Source: Malacoraja senta
Lineage: Eukaryota
DNA length: 64,000 nucleotides
Assembly: GCA_038087875.1 (NCBI GenBank)
Contig: CM075993.1
Span: 8,496,001-8,560,000 of the forward strand
Direction: 5' to 3'
Part shown: one piece after another, positions 25,421 to 37,127 of the stretch
Layout: each line of letters opens with the position of its first letter
Position numbering within the stretch: the stretch's first letter is position 1
Notes under the pieces: model-generated
Told to the model about the DNA's origin: nothing
What the model saw: the letters and a program-made list of their open reading frames with translations, nothing else
The model's database searches: none
Made by a program: the position numbers and the translations under genes

Positions 25421-26214
25421 CATGAATAGGTGGCATTCTGGTTAGGAGCTCTGTTTTCCAATTTGTTGGTTCAGGTCTCTGGATTCTAGCCCAATACTTA
25501 ATCACTGCTCCACCACCATTACTGGATCAGTGTGAACTCCCTATTAGCAAACATTTCACCTGTGGAGACATCTATCTATCTGGCTCTTGTCATGATGAAG
25601 GCAATGAGGCAATTCCAGGAGAGATCAGGAAGAAACATCTGCTGGGCCAGATGTGGCTCGGTCGGCCATATGTTGCTCTCTCCCCACTGCCCTGCAAATT
25701 ATTCTCTCCCGCATTCACCCAGATCCCATTTGAAAGGGCTAATTGATTTTGTTTGTACCATCCTTACAGGCACTGACTGCAGATTATATAGCTGATTTCC
25801 TTTTTAAGTACATATTTTTCTCCCCAAGTTCTCATTGTATCTTTTGCCCAGCATTTTACATCTGTGAACTTTCAGTGCAGTCTGTTTGCTGAGGATTTGC
25901 AGCGTTTTACTGTTTAATGTCAGTCATTTATAACAGTGTGGTTACCAAGCACAGTTGACTGCAATTATTCAGTCAAGACCTCTCTACCCGACCACAATTG
26001 TATTCTGTATGTGCAATTTTTTTGTTTGTATGGTAGTTGCCCCAGAGTTGTAAGGTGGTGCTGCCTTCACTAAACCTAGTATTAAGTAGGCCCACATAAT
26101 TCTTGCCCTTCCCCATGTTACAACAGTAACTAGATTTCCACAGTGCTTTATTGACTCTGACATGCATTGGGATATCCACAAAAGCATGTAGTTAATGCAA
26201 ATCCCCCCAACCCC

Positions 26215-26216
<2 letters not shown>

Positions 26217-26245
<29 letters not shown>
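26217..26245. repeat. (CA)n microsatellite
   Basis: Direct reading of the sequence. Confidence 0.95.
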
Positions 26246-26751
26246 CAGTCTGTTTGACAGCTGCTGGATGTAGCCCTTTGTGATATTAACCTTCAAGTGA
26301 ACTGTCTGATTCACTACTGTTTGCTAAGTCTCTGGATTGCAAACATATTTAACTTGAGCAATATCATCCACCTGGAATTTGCACTGAAGTCAAGCTGTAG
26401 CTCTGCGGGGCACGGCGGTGGGGTGAGCAGATTGTGTGTCACAAAGCAGGTCCACAGTGGAGCCCGTCTTTGATGCCAGCTCCGTGGAGTGGAAGAGTGC
26501 CGTTGGTACGGGTCTCCGTGTGACTGCCTGCCCCGTCAGCTGCTTTGTGCTGGCAGTGATGCGAGGCCAGGGCTCTGATCGAGCTGTAAATTTCCCTGAT
26601 GCAGTCAGCTGCAAGTTGAAGGCCTGCCAAGGGGCCGTTTCACTTGTCTGTTAGAAACCTTGTACGGCAGCAGCCCGGGCAGGCTGCTCTTGTGCTGTGC
26701 TAAGCTGCTGCTGCTGAGGGTGTTGTTGCAAGGGCTTGCCACCTCTGCAAG

Positions 26752-27193
26752 AGGAATGAGTTCATTCCTAGCATGCGTGGTAATGAAACATTTATGAGGA
26801 AGCAGGGCAATTGAGCTGGGGCCACGCAGTGCAAACACAGCCTGCCAGAGCAGAGTTTTGTTAGAGCTGAGCAGATTGTGGCTGGCTTCCCATCGCTGCA
26901 CAGACATGGCTTTGTGTCGAAGCAGCCTGAAGGCTGACTGCACCCTCACATTCCACCCTTTATTCTTCTCCTTCGTTCAGACATGAATCCGATTACTGGA
27001 GTGGCCGGTGTCGGGTCGTTTCTGCCGCAGAAACTCCCTGCCTTCCGTGGGAGAGTGGAACAAAGGAAGGTGTTAGTCCGGAATTTTGGGAATGTCATTC
27101 CGGTTGATTTATCTGCTTGCTGTTCTCACTCGTTATTTACATTCCTTCCCTGAACTGCACTCCACTTTATGATTGATCGCCCGGATGCATTCC
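26752..27193. promoter_or_regulatory. Candidate enhancer with clustered MCAT/TEAD motifs
   Basis: Seven CATTCC/GGAATG hexamers in about 440 bp of apparently non-repetitive DNA. Confidence 0.4.
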
Positions 27194-29984
27194 TCCCTTC
27201 CCCTCCCGTCTTTTATCTCTCTGCTGGGACCCCCCGAGGTGTTTCTGCCCCTTGACCAAGATGCCAGTGAACAGCTAGATATTTAACAGCTCAGACCTTG
27301 GCCTGCTTGACTGGTTGAATCTCTCTTCCCTCATGCTTCACAAGAGAAACTACAGCAGGGTTTACCGCTAATGTTCTTGAGACCCACCTTGGCTAATGCA
27401 GGCCTGTCGTAGCTTCCTAGTGCAAGTCAAAAACACTGCAAATGCTGTATATCTGAAACCAAAAAGGGGAATGCTGGAAGCACGCAGCGGGTCAGGCAGC
27501 ATCTGCGGAAAGGGAAACGGTTAATGCTTTTGGTCAAAGACTTCTTTTCAGGACTGGGAAAAGGAGAAAACAAATAAAGTGATGACTTCAACTGGCACAT
27601 CTAGTCTAGGGATTAAAGCTTGATCCTTCCTGGCTGTTACAACTTAGTAAACTTACTGTGCCAACAGTGTTCAATAGATTTTTAATTTGTTTTGGTCACT
27701 CTTTTCTAGATCTTTAACTTTATGGGCTGTAGATCTTGAAAGTAAAACCTTTGTACTGTAAAGAGTGCTCGGCATAGCCTATTAAGTGGTTGTAATAGGT
27801 TTATCCCTGTTCTCCAGAGATACTGCCTGACCAGCTGTTACTCCAGCATCATGTTTCTTTTGTAAACCTGCATCGGCACATCCTTGTATCCATAAGATAT
27901 TCAAACCTGAATCTTGACAATTGTTGAACATGTTGAGTACTGTTCTCTTCTACCGTAAACTGTCACAGAGATACGCTGACATGGATTTAGTCTGTAGTAA
28001 TACAAGAAGTAGAAGCAGGAGTGATAGGCTCAATCAGCACAGAAATAGGCCCTTCAGCCCAACCTATCCAAGATGCCTCATCTACGCTCGTCCGATTTGG
28101 CCCATGTTCCTCTGCACCTTTCCTATCCATATACCTGTCCAAATGTCTTTTAAATATAGGCCTCCCCTGCCATTTAGTTAGATCAGGGCTAGTATTTTAC
28201 CTCTGGGCTATCTACCTGTATTAACCTCATCCATTCAACTTTCAGGGTGTGCAGGCAGTGTCTGAACTTGGCTTGAGTTTAATTATTGTGGTAGGACATG
28301 TAAAATATTGTAGATCTTGCACATTTCTGAGCCTGGTTGGTGAGGTAGTGTGGCAGGTTTTGAGTGGTGCCTGCAGGACAGAGGACCACACACCACATGC
28401 CAAATGATTGATGAGCCACTGCTTAAAACTGTGAGTCCTTGTGCCGTTTGAAAGCCTCATGTGTTGTGAAATCGATCTGAGCACCTTTTAAAGTGGATCT
28501 GCTGCATAGTATATTGAGGCTTTGTTAACCAGATCAAACAAGCCCTGAATCTAAAACTGTACCCTCTCCATCACTGGGTGTGTCTAAGTGAATTGTTAGT
28601 GGTCAAACTGCAGTCTGTGCCTTTGAAAGCTTTCAAACATTATACACCTGTGCAAGATTTTGCTGCTATTTATAATGATATTGTTGACTTTCATTTCCTG
28701 TATATTTTGCCTGTACTTTCTTTGATTTCACCCGTCCTCATCTTCCAGCTCACAGCATAGTTTGGAAAATCTATGCTTCAATTTGCTGTATGTTAAATGA
28801 GATGATTCCATCCTAGCCATTGTGGCTTTATGAGAGAATAATGTGCATGAAACTCTCGTCCAGGAAGGGAATGTTGACCAGCGTTCCTCTCTCTCCCACC
28901 CCACCTTCCCTTACGCTGCTATTGTGTACATATGCATGTGGGATGTAGGGCGAGGACAGGTTTGCGCTTGTACGAACAGTCGTGTAACTGGCTGGTGCTT
29001 GCTCACGCATGAAGAGGAGCTACTGCTGAAGTACCAGAGGGTGAGGGCCTTTGGAAGGTGTCCACACTTTTGGAAAATCTGGATGGAGTTGGCCCGTGCT
29101 GAGGAGAGCTGCTGGTAGAAAAATAAAAGGCAGAAATATTATTGTTTTTTCAATGGAACTGAATCTATTGCAAAACCATTAAAAGGGTAATTTGAAGCAG
29201 CATATTTCAAAATGTCAACAGTTTTATCGACAGAAGAAAAAATTGGCTGGGAATCCCTTGGATCGCACTGATGCTGAAAATGACACCATTTGCTCAAGTC
29301 AATTTTGCTCACAGGAGTTTCACCAGAATACTAAATGTGTGTGTGGAATGAGCACCTGGTTTGTTGCTGAGACCATGGCATCTTGCACTGTGTCCCCAGT
29401 CTCTGTTTCTACACTTTCTGCAGCGTTGATGGAGTTTTGGGAAAACCCATTCTTGGAGTTTCATCCTGCGCGGGTGAAAGGGCAGGGGACGGCCAACTGC
29501 GGTTTTGTTCTTTACGAGGATGTTGCCAGGACTCGAGGGCCTGGGCTTTAGGGAGAGATTGAGCAGGCTAGGACTTTATTCCTTGGAGCACAGGAGGATG
29601 AGGTGTATAAGATTGTGTATAAGATCATAAGTTTAGTTTATTGTCACATGTACCAAGGTACAGCGTAAAGCTTTTTGTTGCGTGCTTACTAGTCAGCGGA
29701 AAGACTATACATTACAATTGAGCCGTCCACAGTGTACAGATACATGATAAGGGGAATTACATTTAGTGCAAGATAAAGTCCAGTAAAGTATGATTAAAGA
29801 TAGTCCGAAGGTCTCCAATGAGGTAGATGGTAGCTCAGGACCGCTCTCTAACTGTTGATAGGATGGTTCAATTGCCTGATAGCAGAGGGAAGAAACTGTC
29901 GTTGAATCTGGAGGTGTGCATTTTCACCACTTTGTACCTCTTGACGGTGGGAGAAGGGAGAAGAGGGAAATAACTGGGATGTGA

Positions 29985-30207
29985 GTACACAAAAATGCTG
30001 GAGAAACTCAGCGGGTGCAGCAGCATCTATGGAGCGAAGGAAATAGGCAATGTTTCGGGCCGAAACCCTTCTTCAGAGTCTGAAGAAGGGTTTCGACCCG
30101 AAACGTTGCCTATTTCCTTCGCTCCATAGATGCTGCTGCACCCGCTGAGTTTCTCCAGCATTTTTGTGTACCTTTGATTTTCCAGCATCTGCAGTTCCTT
30201 CTTTTAT
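29985..30207. mobile_element. PLE pLTR fold-back insertion with 93-bp arms and 10-bp TSD tgggatgtga
   Basis: Arms 29985-30077 and 30079-30171 (2 mismatches). TSD copies at 29975-29984 and 30208-30217. Confidence 0.92.
30080..30107 (+). ncRNA. Minimal hammerhead ribozyme motif with UUCG loop
   Basis: ctgaagaagggtttcgacccgaaacgtt. Confidence 0.65.
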
Positions 30208-31339
30208 TGGGATGTGACTTGTCCTCGATCATAAGAAGAATAGATAGGGTAAATGTCTTTTACCTAGAGTGGGGGAATCAACAACCAGAAGACTAGATTT
30301 AAGGTGAGGGGGGTGGAGATTAAATGGAGAATTTTAATTGGATTAAAAAGCTGAGGGGCAACTTTTTTACACAAAGGGTGGTAGGCATATGGAATGAGCT
30401 GCCAGAGGAGGTAGTTGAGGCAGGTATTATTATGTGTGGACAGGTTTATGGTTTGGATCGGTTTGGAGGTATCTGGGGCAATCTCGGGCAGGTGGGACTA
30501 TTGTAGAATGGGGCATGTTTGCTCGGCTGAAGGGCCTGTTTCCATGCTGTATGACTCTATGACGGCATGTTATTGAGACATAGTGCAGCCCTCTGCAAGT
30601 GGAATCAGAGAACGATACCTATCAAAGTTTCAGCAGTCCCTGTTTTCGCAAGAGGTACGTTGCATAAGGGTATGTTTATGGTTGGTTGAAGAAAAAAAAT
30701 TCACTTGGTGCTGGAAAACTGAAGATACTCAGCATGTTAAGCAGCATCCATAGAGAGAGAGCGTGTGTACGCCAAGAACTATTATAAATTAAATATTGTG
30801 TTGTATAATATGAATGGAAGTTTTTCTGAATATTATACTGCTGATGAATGGCAGAATTCTTCTGGATATTCTTACAAGCAAATTATTTTGGAAATTGGTA
30901 TGCACTGATTTGTTTCATAGATGCTGCACAAGTTCACTGTTATGTCACTGTTGTTACAAGAGGGTTCATGAAATTGTAAGCCGCGGTGCCCTGGGAGGTT
31001 GGTGTGTAAACCAGGCCGTGAGCAGGGAGGCAGGGACTTACAGTATCTGCAGGCAAGGAAAGGGAAGTAATCCGCTCTTTAAGTGCTGGTTCTGTTCAAA
31101 CACTGAACGGCTGGTAAACTACTCCAGTGTGACCCCTGGCAGCCAGCCAAGCCACTCTGTGTAAATGCTTGGGGGGAGGGGGGGGGGAAGAGGTTGGGTT
31201 TCAGGAAACCCTGATACTTCTCATTCCTAATGAAAAGTGAATTTGTTGCGCAGATTGCTAGCTAACATTCCTTTTCAATTAGACACACATTACCTCAGCA
31301 TGGATTGGATTACAGAGTGTGTGTGTGTGTATGCTCACA

Positions 31340-31431
31340 AGTCTGAAGAAGGGTCTCGACCCGAAACATCACCCCTTCCTTCTCTCCAGAGATGCTGCTT
31401 GTCCCGCTGAGTTACTCCAGCATTTTGTGTG
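31340..31431 (+). repeat. Solo PLE pLTR module
   Basis: agtctgaagaagggtctcgacccgaaacatcacc...gagttactccagcattttgtgt. Confidence 0.85.
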
Positions 31432-32263
31432 TACCTGCACAAACATGTCCACACTCGGACAAATACGTGCTCTGAAACTCTGGCTGATGCAAAGTCCCCT
31501 CAGGAAGCAGCACGCATCCAGCGTTGCAGCCCTGTGCACCGTTGCAACATGAAGTCAGCATTTGCAGGTCTCGGGTTGTAACAAATGAAGCTGAGCTCCT
31601 CAGACATCGGTGCATCTAAAGATGGAATCATGTCTTCCGCTGATATTTCCTTCTCATCACCGCTATGTATGGTCTATGTGAGTTGTGGAAGGGAACGGTG
31701 ATGAGTGACCAAGGAACTACAAATTCCATGATGCCCTTCAGTTGGGCAGTATCAGCTACATCCATGATGCCAAAGCATTTCTTTGCCTCTTGTTCTCCAG
31801 CAGCAGCAGTTCATAGTTAGTTGTGGACCATTTCATTTATTGTGGATGCACCCGTGTGCCTTGCATACCCTGGGGTACCTTATCCACGAGTTGTCACAAA
31901 GATGTTTGCTCATCTGCAGTGACAGAGATCATCAACTTATTGGAACCCCAATAACTTGTATAAATTACCAAGACTCTGGTTGAAATTTGCAACTCCTACT
32001 TGAGGGAAAGTAACTGGGCGGGCTTTGGGGAATAAAACCAACTGGATTACTGGGCAAAGAACTAGTACAATCTCAATAGGCCAAATGGCCACCTCCTGTG
32101 ATGCAACTTTTTTCTCTTGGGTGTATCATGTATCGACAGAAAATAAAGGATAGTTTGTCAGACTGATACAAGATGAGGAAACTAGACACAGGGATCATTT
32201 CTGCTCACTATCAGTGTGAACATTTGGATTTGGAAACAAAAAAAAATCAACATTTTGTGGATA

Positions 32264-33839
32264 CAGCGCCCTCGATAATATTTGGGACAAAGACCCATAA
32301 TTTATTTATTTGCCTCTGTACTCCACAATTTGAGATTTGTAATAGAAACAAAATCACATGTGGTTAAAGTGCACATTGTCAGATTTTATTAAAGGCCATT
32401 TTTATACATTTTGGTTTCACCGTGTAGAAATTACAGCTGTGTTTATACATAGTCCCCCCATTTCAGGGCACCATAATGTTTGGGACACATGGCTTCACAG
32501 GTGTTTGTAAATGCTCAGGTGTGTTTAATTGCCTCCTTAATGCAGGTATAAGAGAGCTCTCAGCACCTTGTATTTCCTCCAGTCTTTCCATCACCTTTGA
32601 AAACTTTTATTGCTGTTTCTCAACATGAGGACCAAAGTTGTGCCAATGAAAGTCAACAAAGCCATTATGAGACTGAGAAACAAGAATAAAACTGTTAGAG
32701 ACATCTGCCAAACCTTAGGCTTACCAAAATCAACTGTTTGGAACATCATTAAGAAGAAAGAGAGCACGGGTGAGCTTACTAATCGCAAAGGGACTGGCAG
32801 GCCAAGGAAGACCTCCACAGCTGATGACAGAAGAATTCTCTCTATAAGAAAGAAAAACCCCCAAACACCTGTCCGACAAATCAGAAACACTCTTCAGGAG
32901 TTAGGTGTGGATTTATCAATGACCACTATCTGCAGAAGACTTCATGTTTCACAGTTCTGGAAAAAGGTCTTGTGGACAGATGAGATGCAGATTAACTTAT
33001 ATATCAGTGATGGCAAGAGCAAAGTATGGAGGAGAGAAGGAACTGCCCAAGATCCAAAGCATACCACCTCATCTGTGAAACACGGTGGTGGGAGTGTTAT
33101 GGCCTGGGCATGTATGGCTGCTGAAGGTTCTGGCTCACTTATCTTCATTGATGATACAATTGCTAATGATAGTAGTATAATGAATTCTGAAGTGTATAGA
33201 CACATCCTATCTGCTCAAGTTCAAACAAATGCCTCAAAACTCATTGGCCGATGGTTCATTCTACAGCAAGACAATGATCCCAAACCAACTGCTAAAGCAA
33301 CAAAGGAGTTTTTCAAAGCTAAAAATGGTCAATTCTTGAGTGGCCAAGTCAATCACCCGATCTGAACCTAATTGAGCATGCCTTTTATATGCTGAAGAGA
33401 AAACTGAAGAGGACTAGCCCCCAAAACAAGCATAAGCTAAAGATGGCTGCAATACAGGCCTGGCAGAGCGGTACCCGGATGTGGCGCCGACGGACGAGAA
33501 GCCGAAGCAAAGAAGTGGAAGCCAAATAACCAAATGGAAACGAGGCCGAAACGCCAAATAACCGAAAGCGTACGAAGCCTGCAACTGGTGATGTCCATGA
33601 ATCTCAGACTTCAAGCAGTCATTGCATGCAAAGGATATGCAATAAAATACTAAACATGACTACTTTCATTTACATGACATTGCAGTGTCCCAAACATTAT
33701 GGTGCCCTGAAATGGGGGGGGGGGGGGCTATGTATAAACACTGCTGTAATTTCTACATGGTGATTTAATTGAAAAAATCACATGTAGTTAAAGTGCACAT
33801 TGTCAGATTTTAATAATGGCCATTTTTATACATTTTGGT
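32264..33839 (+). mobile_element. Tc1 IR/DR-type DNA transposon with a decayed DD34E transposase
   Basis: TA|CAG left end. ~225-bp left TIR with outer and inner DRs (ataat.tttgggaca). Transposase motifs GRPRKT, VLWTDE, VKHGGGSVMAW, QQDNDPK and frameshifted WPSQSPDLNLIEH. Inner part of the right TIR at 33685-33763. Confidence 0.92.
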
Positions 33840-33844
33840 GCCAC

Positions 33845-34149
33845 AGGAGTACAGTTGCTGCCTTACAGCGAATGCAGCGCCGGAGACCCGGGCTCGATAC
33901 CGACTACGGGTGCTGTCTGTACCGAGTTTGTACATTCACCCCGTGCCCTGCGTGGGTTTTCTCCGAGATCTTCGGTTTCCTCCCCACTCCATAGACGTAC
34001 AGTTGTAGGTTAATTGGCTTGGTAAATGTAAAAATTGTCCCAAGAGTGTGTAGGATAGTGTTAATGTGCGGGGATCGTTGGTCAGCGTGGACCCGGTGGG
34101 CCAAAGGGCTTGTTTCCGCGCTGTATCTCAAACTAAACAAAACTAAAAA
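33845..34149 (+). mobile_element. HE1/V-SINE
   Basis: gttgctgccttacagc...ggctcgatac...V-domain...ctgtatctcaaactaaa. Confidence 0.88.
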
Positions 34150-35431
34150 CACATGCCGTTGGCCACTATCAATCTCCCCAACAACTTCCACTGGCAGCAT
34201 AAACAAGGAAGTTAGATAATTATTTTAAAGAGGTAGTATGTGGCTTCCTTATTCCTCTTCACTGTTCTGATTATTCTCCAATATTTTTTGCTAAATTAGT
34301 TTGATACGTCCACTACCGATTTTCCAGCACCATTGGTCCCAGAGCCTTGCCGTATTATCCATTTTGTCAGACTAACAGAGGTCACGTAATAATGATACAA
34401 TAATACAGCTCGGATCCACTAATTATACACTGATCCTCCCGTCTCTAAAACACCACGGACTGCTAGAAACTTGCACAAACAAATATTAAATGTAAATTAC
34501 TTGCATGTCTTGCTCCGGCAGCCCGGCACCAGTTAACCAGTTGCCCCCAGATGTCCTAATGAGGGTCAGATTGGCGACTGGTTCCGAGGCACCACTTTCC
34601 CAGCAGGACTACCGGGCCAACACCTGCCCAGCTGATATTTGCCAAATCTGCTGAAAATGTGGTGGGGCGGGCGTCCCCACTGTCTGACGCGGGCTTATGA
34701 GCAGAGTCCAACGGTACCGGAACACAAAGGCCGCCAGGGGGCTGAGATATCGCCCCACAAAGTCGGCACCAGAAGTTGGCTATGGGAATGGATCCAGAGC
34801 CCCGGCTGCAGGGGGCAAATTCCACCCGCTGACTGGCCGCGGAAGTCCCAAGGAGGTCGAGATCGTCAACGTTTCCAGGGTGATTTCTGGGAGGGGGGGA
34901 CACTTCAAGTATGCTCTTGTAATTTTTTCCGGATTAAAGGAGGTGCAGGACCACCATTTGCTGGTAAATCATTATATTACCATTATAATAGGCTCATTGC
35001 ATTCTCAAGTTTGACTTTATTCCCATATTTCATGCAAGTGTAGATGTATCTTTTGTTGCCAGCCACAAAAGGTTGTTTCGCATTTTGCTGCACACTGGAG
35101 TGAAATAAAAGTGTGTCAGGTCCTCTGAGAAATGCAGTAACTGCTGGAGTAGATTTGTTGTCTGGGTGAGTGCTACTTTCCCAAGGTTTGTTCATCTGGA
35201 TCCAGTCCAGATCAACAGCCAATTTCAGTGATGTAATCGAGCATAAATGGCAGCAATTAATTGTCTTTCAGAAGGAGTGCAGATGTCATGTCGAACATTC
35301 CCAAAGTCAACAGCTTGAGGTGCCAGCTGTGCCTGACCATCATGCTGGGCAGATTGGTGCTCTGCCTGCTTCCTGGTGTGCTGCCAGTTACGTAGGCGAC
35401 TATTGAAGTCAGTCATAGAGAGATGCAAGGG

Positions 35432-35720
35432 GTGTCAAGGTGGCGAGTCTTACAGCGCCAGAGACTCGGTTCGATGCTGACTACAGGTGCTTGTCTGTAC
35501 GGAGTTTGTATGTTCTCCCCGTGACCTGCGTGGGTTTTCTCCAAGATCTTCAGTTTCCGCCCACACTCCAAAGACGTACAGGCTGGTAGTTAAATTGGCT
35601 TGGTATCAATGTAAAATTGTCCCTAGTGTACCTAGGGTAGTGTTAATGTGCAGGGATCACTGGTTGATGCGGACTCGGTGGGCTGAAGGGCTTATTTCCG
35701 CACCGTATCTCTAAATAAAA
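35432..35720 (+). mobile_element. HE1/V-SINE
   Basis: B box ggttcgatgc, V-domain, and gtatctctaaataaaa tail. Confidence 0.85.
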
Positions 35721-35894
35721 CATGGATTCAGACCCTTTGGCCCTCTGAGTACGTCAACCCTCCAGCAGCTAATTTGACACCAAGCCTCCCCAAGCCATTT
35801 TTATTCTGCAAACATCTCCACCAAACTCCCCACCCCATTCCCAGATTTTACACTCATTTACACACGAGTGGGAACTCACAATTAACAGACTTGA

Positions 35895-36850
35895 TCACTA
35901 CAACACCACCGTCAGGACGCCTACTGCTTCATTTCCCACCTGCACTTTGGAAAATCTGACCAACTGGCCTTGCTTCTTCCTGGGTGCAGGCAGAGACTAG
36001 AGAGTGCAGCACGTGGAAAGAAGACTACCCAGAGCTGTTCATGGGGAGACAGAGGAGCAGTGGACTGGGCTGTGTTCAAGGATTTGTCTGCAGATCTCAA
36101 GAAATGCACCAGAGTCATTACCGACTTAATAAAGAAATGCGTGAATGAATGTCTTGCTACAAAAACATTCTGAGGCTCCCACAGCTAGAAGCCCTGGGTT
36201 CACCAAGAGCCCTGCTGATGGCTCAATCTGTGGTGTTTAGGACTGGCGATCCAGGATCGTACAAAAAGTCCAGCTACAAATTCTCGAAGGCCATCGGGAG
36301 CGCAAAGAGGCACAAATGGGCGCTCAACAGCTGTGGGTAGGGCTTGCACATTAACAATTCTTACAAGGTAAAACTGGGTAGCAGGAGTTGCAATGGCACA
36401 TCACTTCCAGATGAGCTTGATAACTTTTGTGAACGATTTGAAAGAGAGAACTGTGGCACACTACCTCAGTCCGCACAGCCCCTGGGGATCCTGCGACCTC
36501 TGTCTCAGAGACCGACATGAACAATCTTCAAGAGGCCATATCCATGCAAATCGTCCAGCCAGATGGCATACCTGGCCAGTGCTAAAGAACTGTGCGGATC
36601 AACTGGCCGGAGTATTCAAGGACATCATCTTCCTCTCACTTCTGTAATCAGTGGTTCCCACAAGAAGTAGTTAGAGGCTTCAAATTCCTGGGCATTAACA
36701 TCTTAGATGACTTGTCCTGGGCCCAGCACAGGGTGTAATCACAACGAAGGCATGTCAGTGCCTTAGAAGAGTGAGCAGATGTGGCAGATCTCTGAATACT
36801 CTAACGACTTCTACCGTTGTATTGTAGAAAGTCTGCGGCCTGACACGGTG
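35895..36850 (+). mobile_element. Highly decayed Rex1/Babar LINE fragments
   Basis: SDQLALLLLP..RQRL, VDWAVFKD, VLKNCADQLAGVFKDI, and ttcaaattcctgggcattaacatc. Confidence 0.7.
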
Positions 36851-37127
36851 ATTCTAATGCACAGAAACATGAGAGACTTTGTGCTTTCATCTCTGTTTTT
36901 TGTTCAATTATCTGCCAATCAACATCCCTATCACCTTTCCTCGCCAGGCTTTATCCTGAAATTCCTCTCTTCCAGCTTTCTCCATCCTCTCCCCCATACC
37001 CACACCCACACCCACACCCCCACACACACAGTCTGGGCAGGGTTACCCACCTATATTATCCAGAGACATTGCATTACTCCAGCACTTTGTCCTTTACTGT
37101 AAACCAGCATCTGCAGTTCCTTGTCTG

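Larger units (their letters stand above)
29632..30226 (-). mobile_element. LINE 3' fragment (probably Rex1/Babar-type) with 9-bp TSD gatcataag
   Basis: TSD copies at 29623-29631 and 30227-30235. tttagtttattgtcacatg tail. ctgatagcagagggaagaaactg matches the antisense of the SFFP.AIR motif. Confidence 0.7.
29500..30562 (+). mobile_element. CR1 3' fragment interrupted by nested insertions
   Basis: gatgttgccaggactcgagggcctg...ttggagcacaggagg, resuming after 30235 with LRGNFFTQRVVGIWNELPEEVVEAG and a gggcctgtttccatgctgtatgactctatgac tail. Confidence 0.82.

Noticed and set aside
34560..34910. CpG-rich patch with overlapping ORFs
   Set aside because: No recognisable protein or termini. It may be a repeat remnant, but I cannot support a call.
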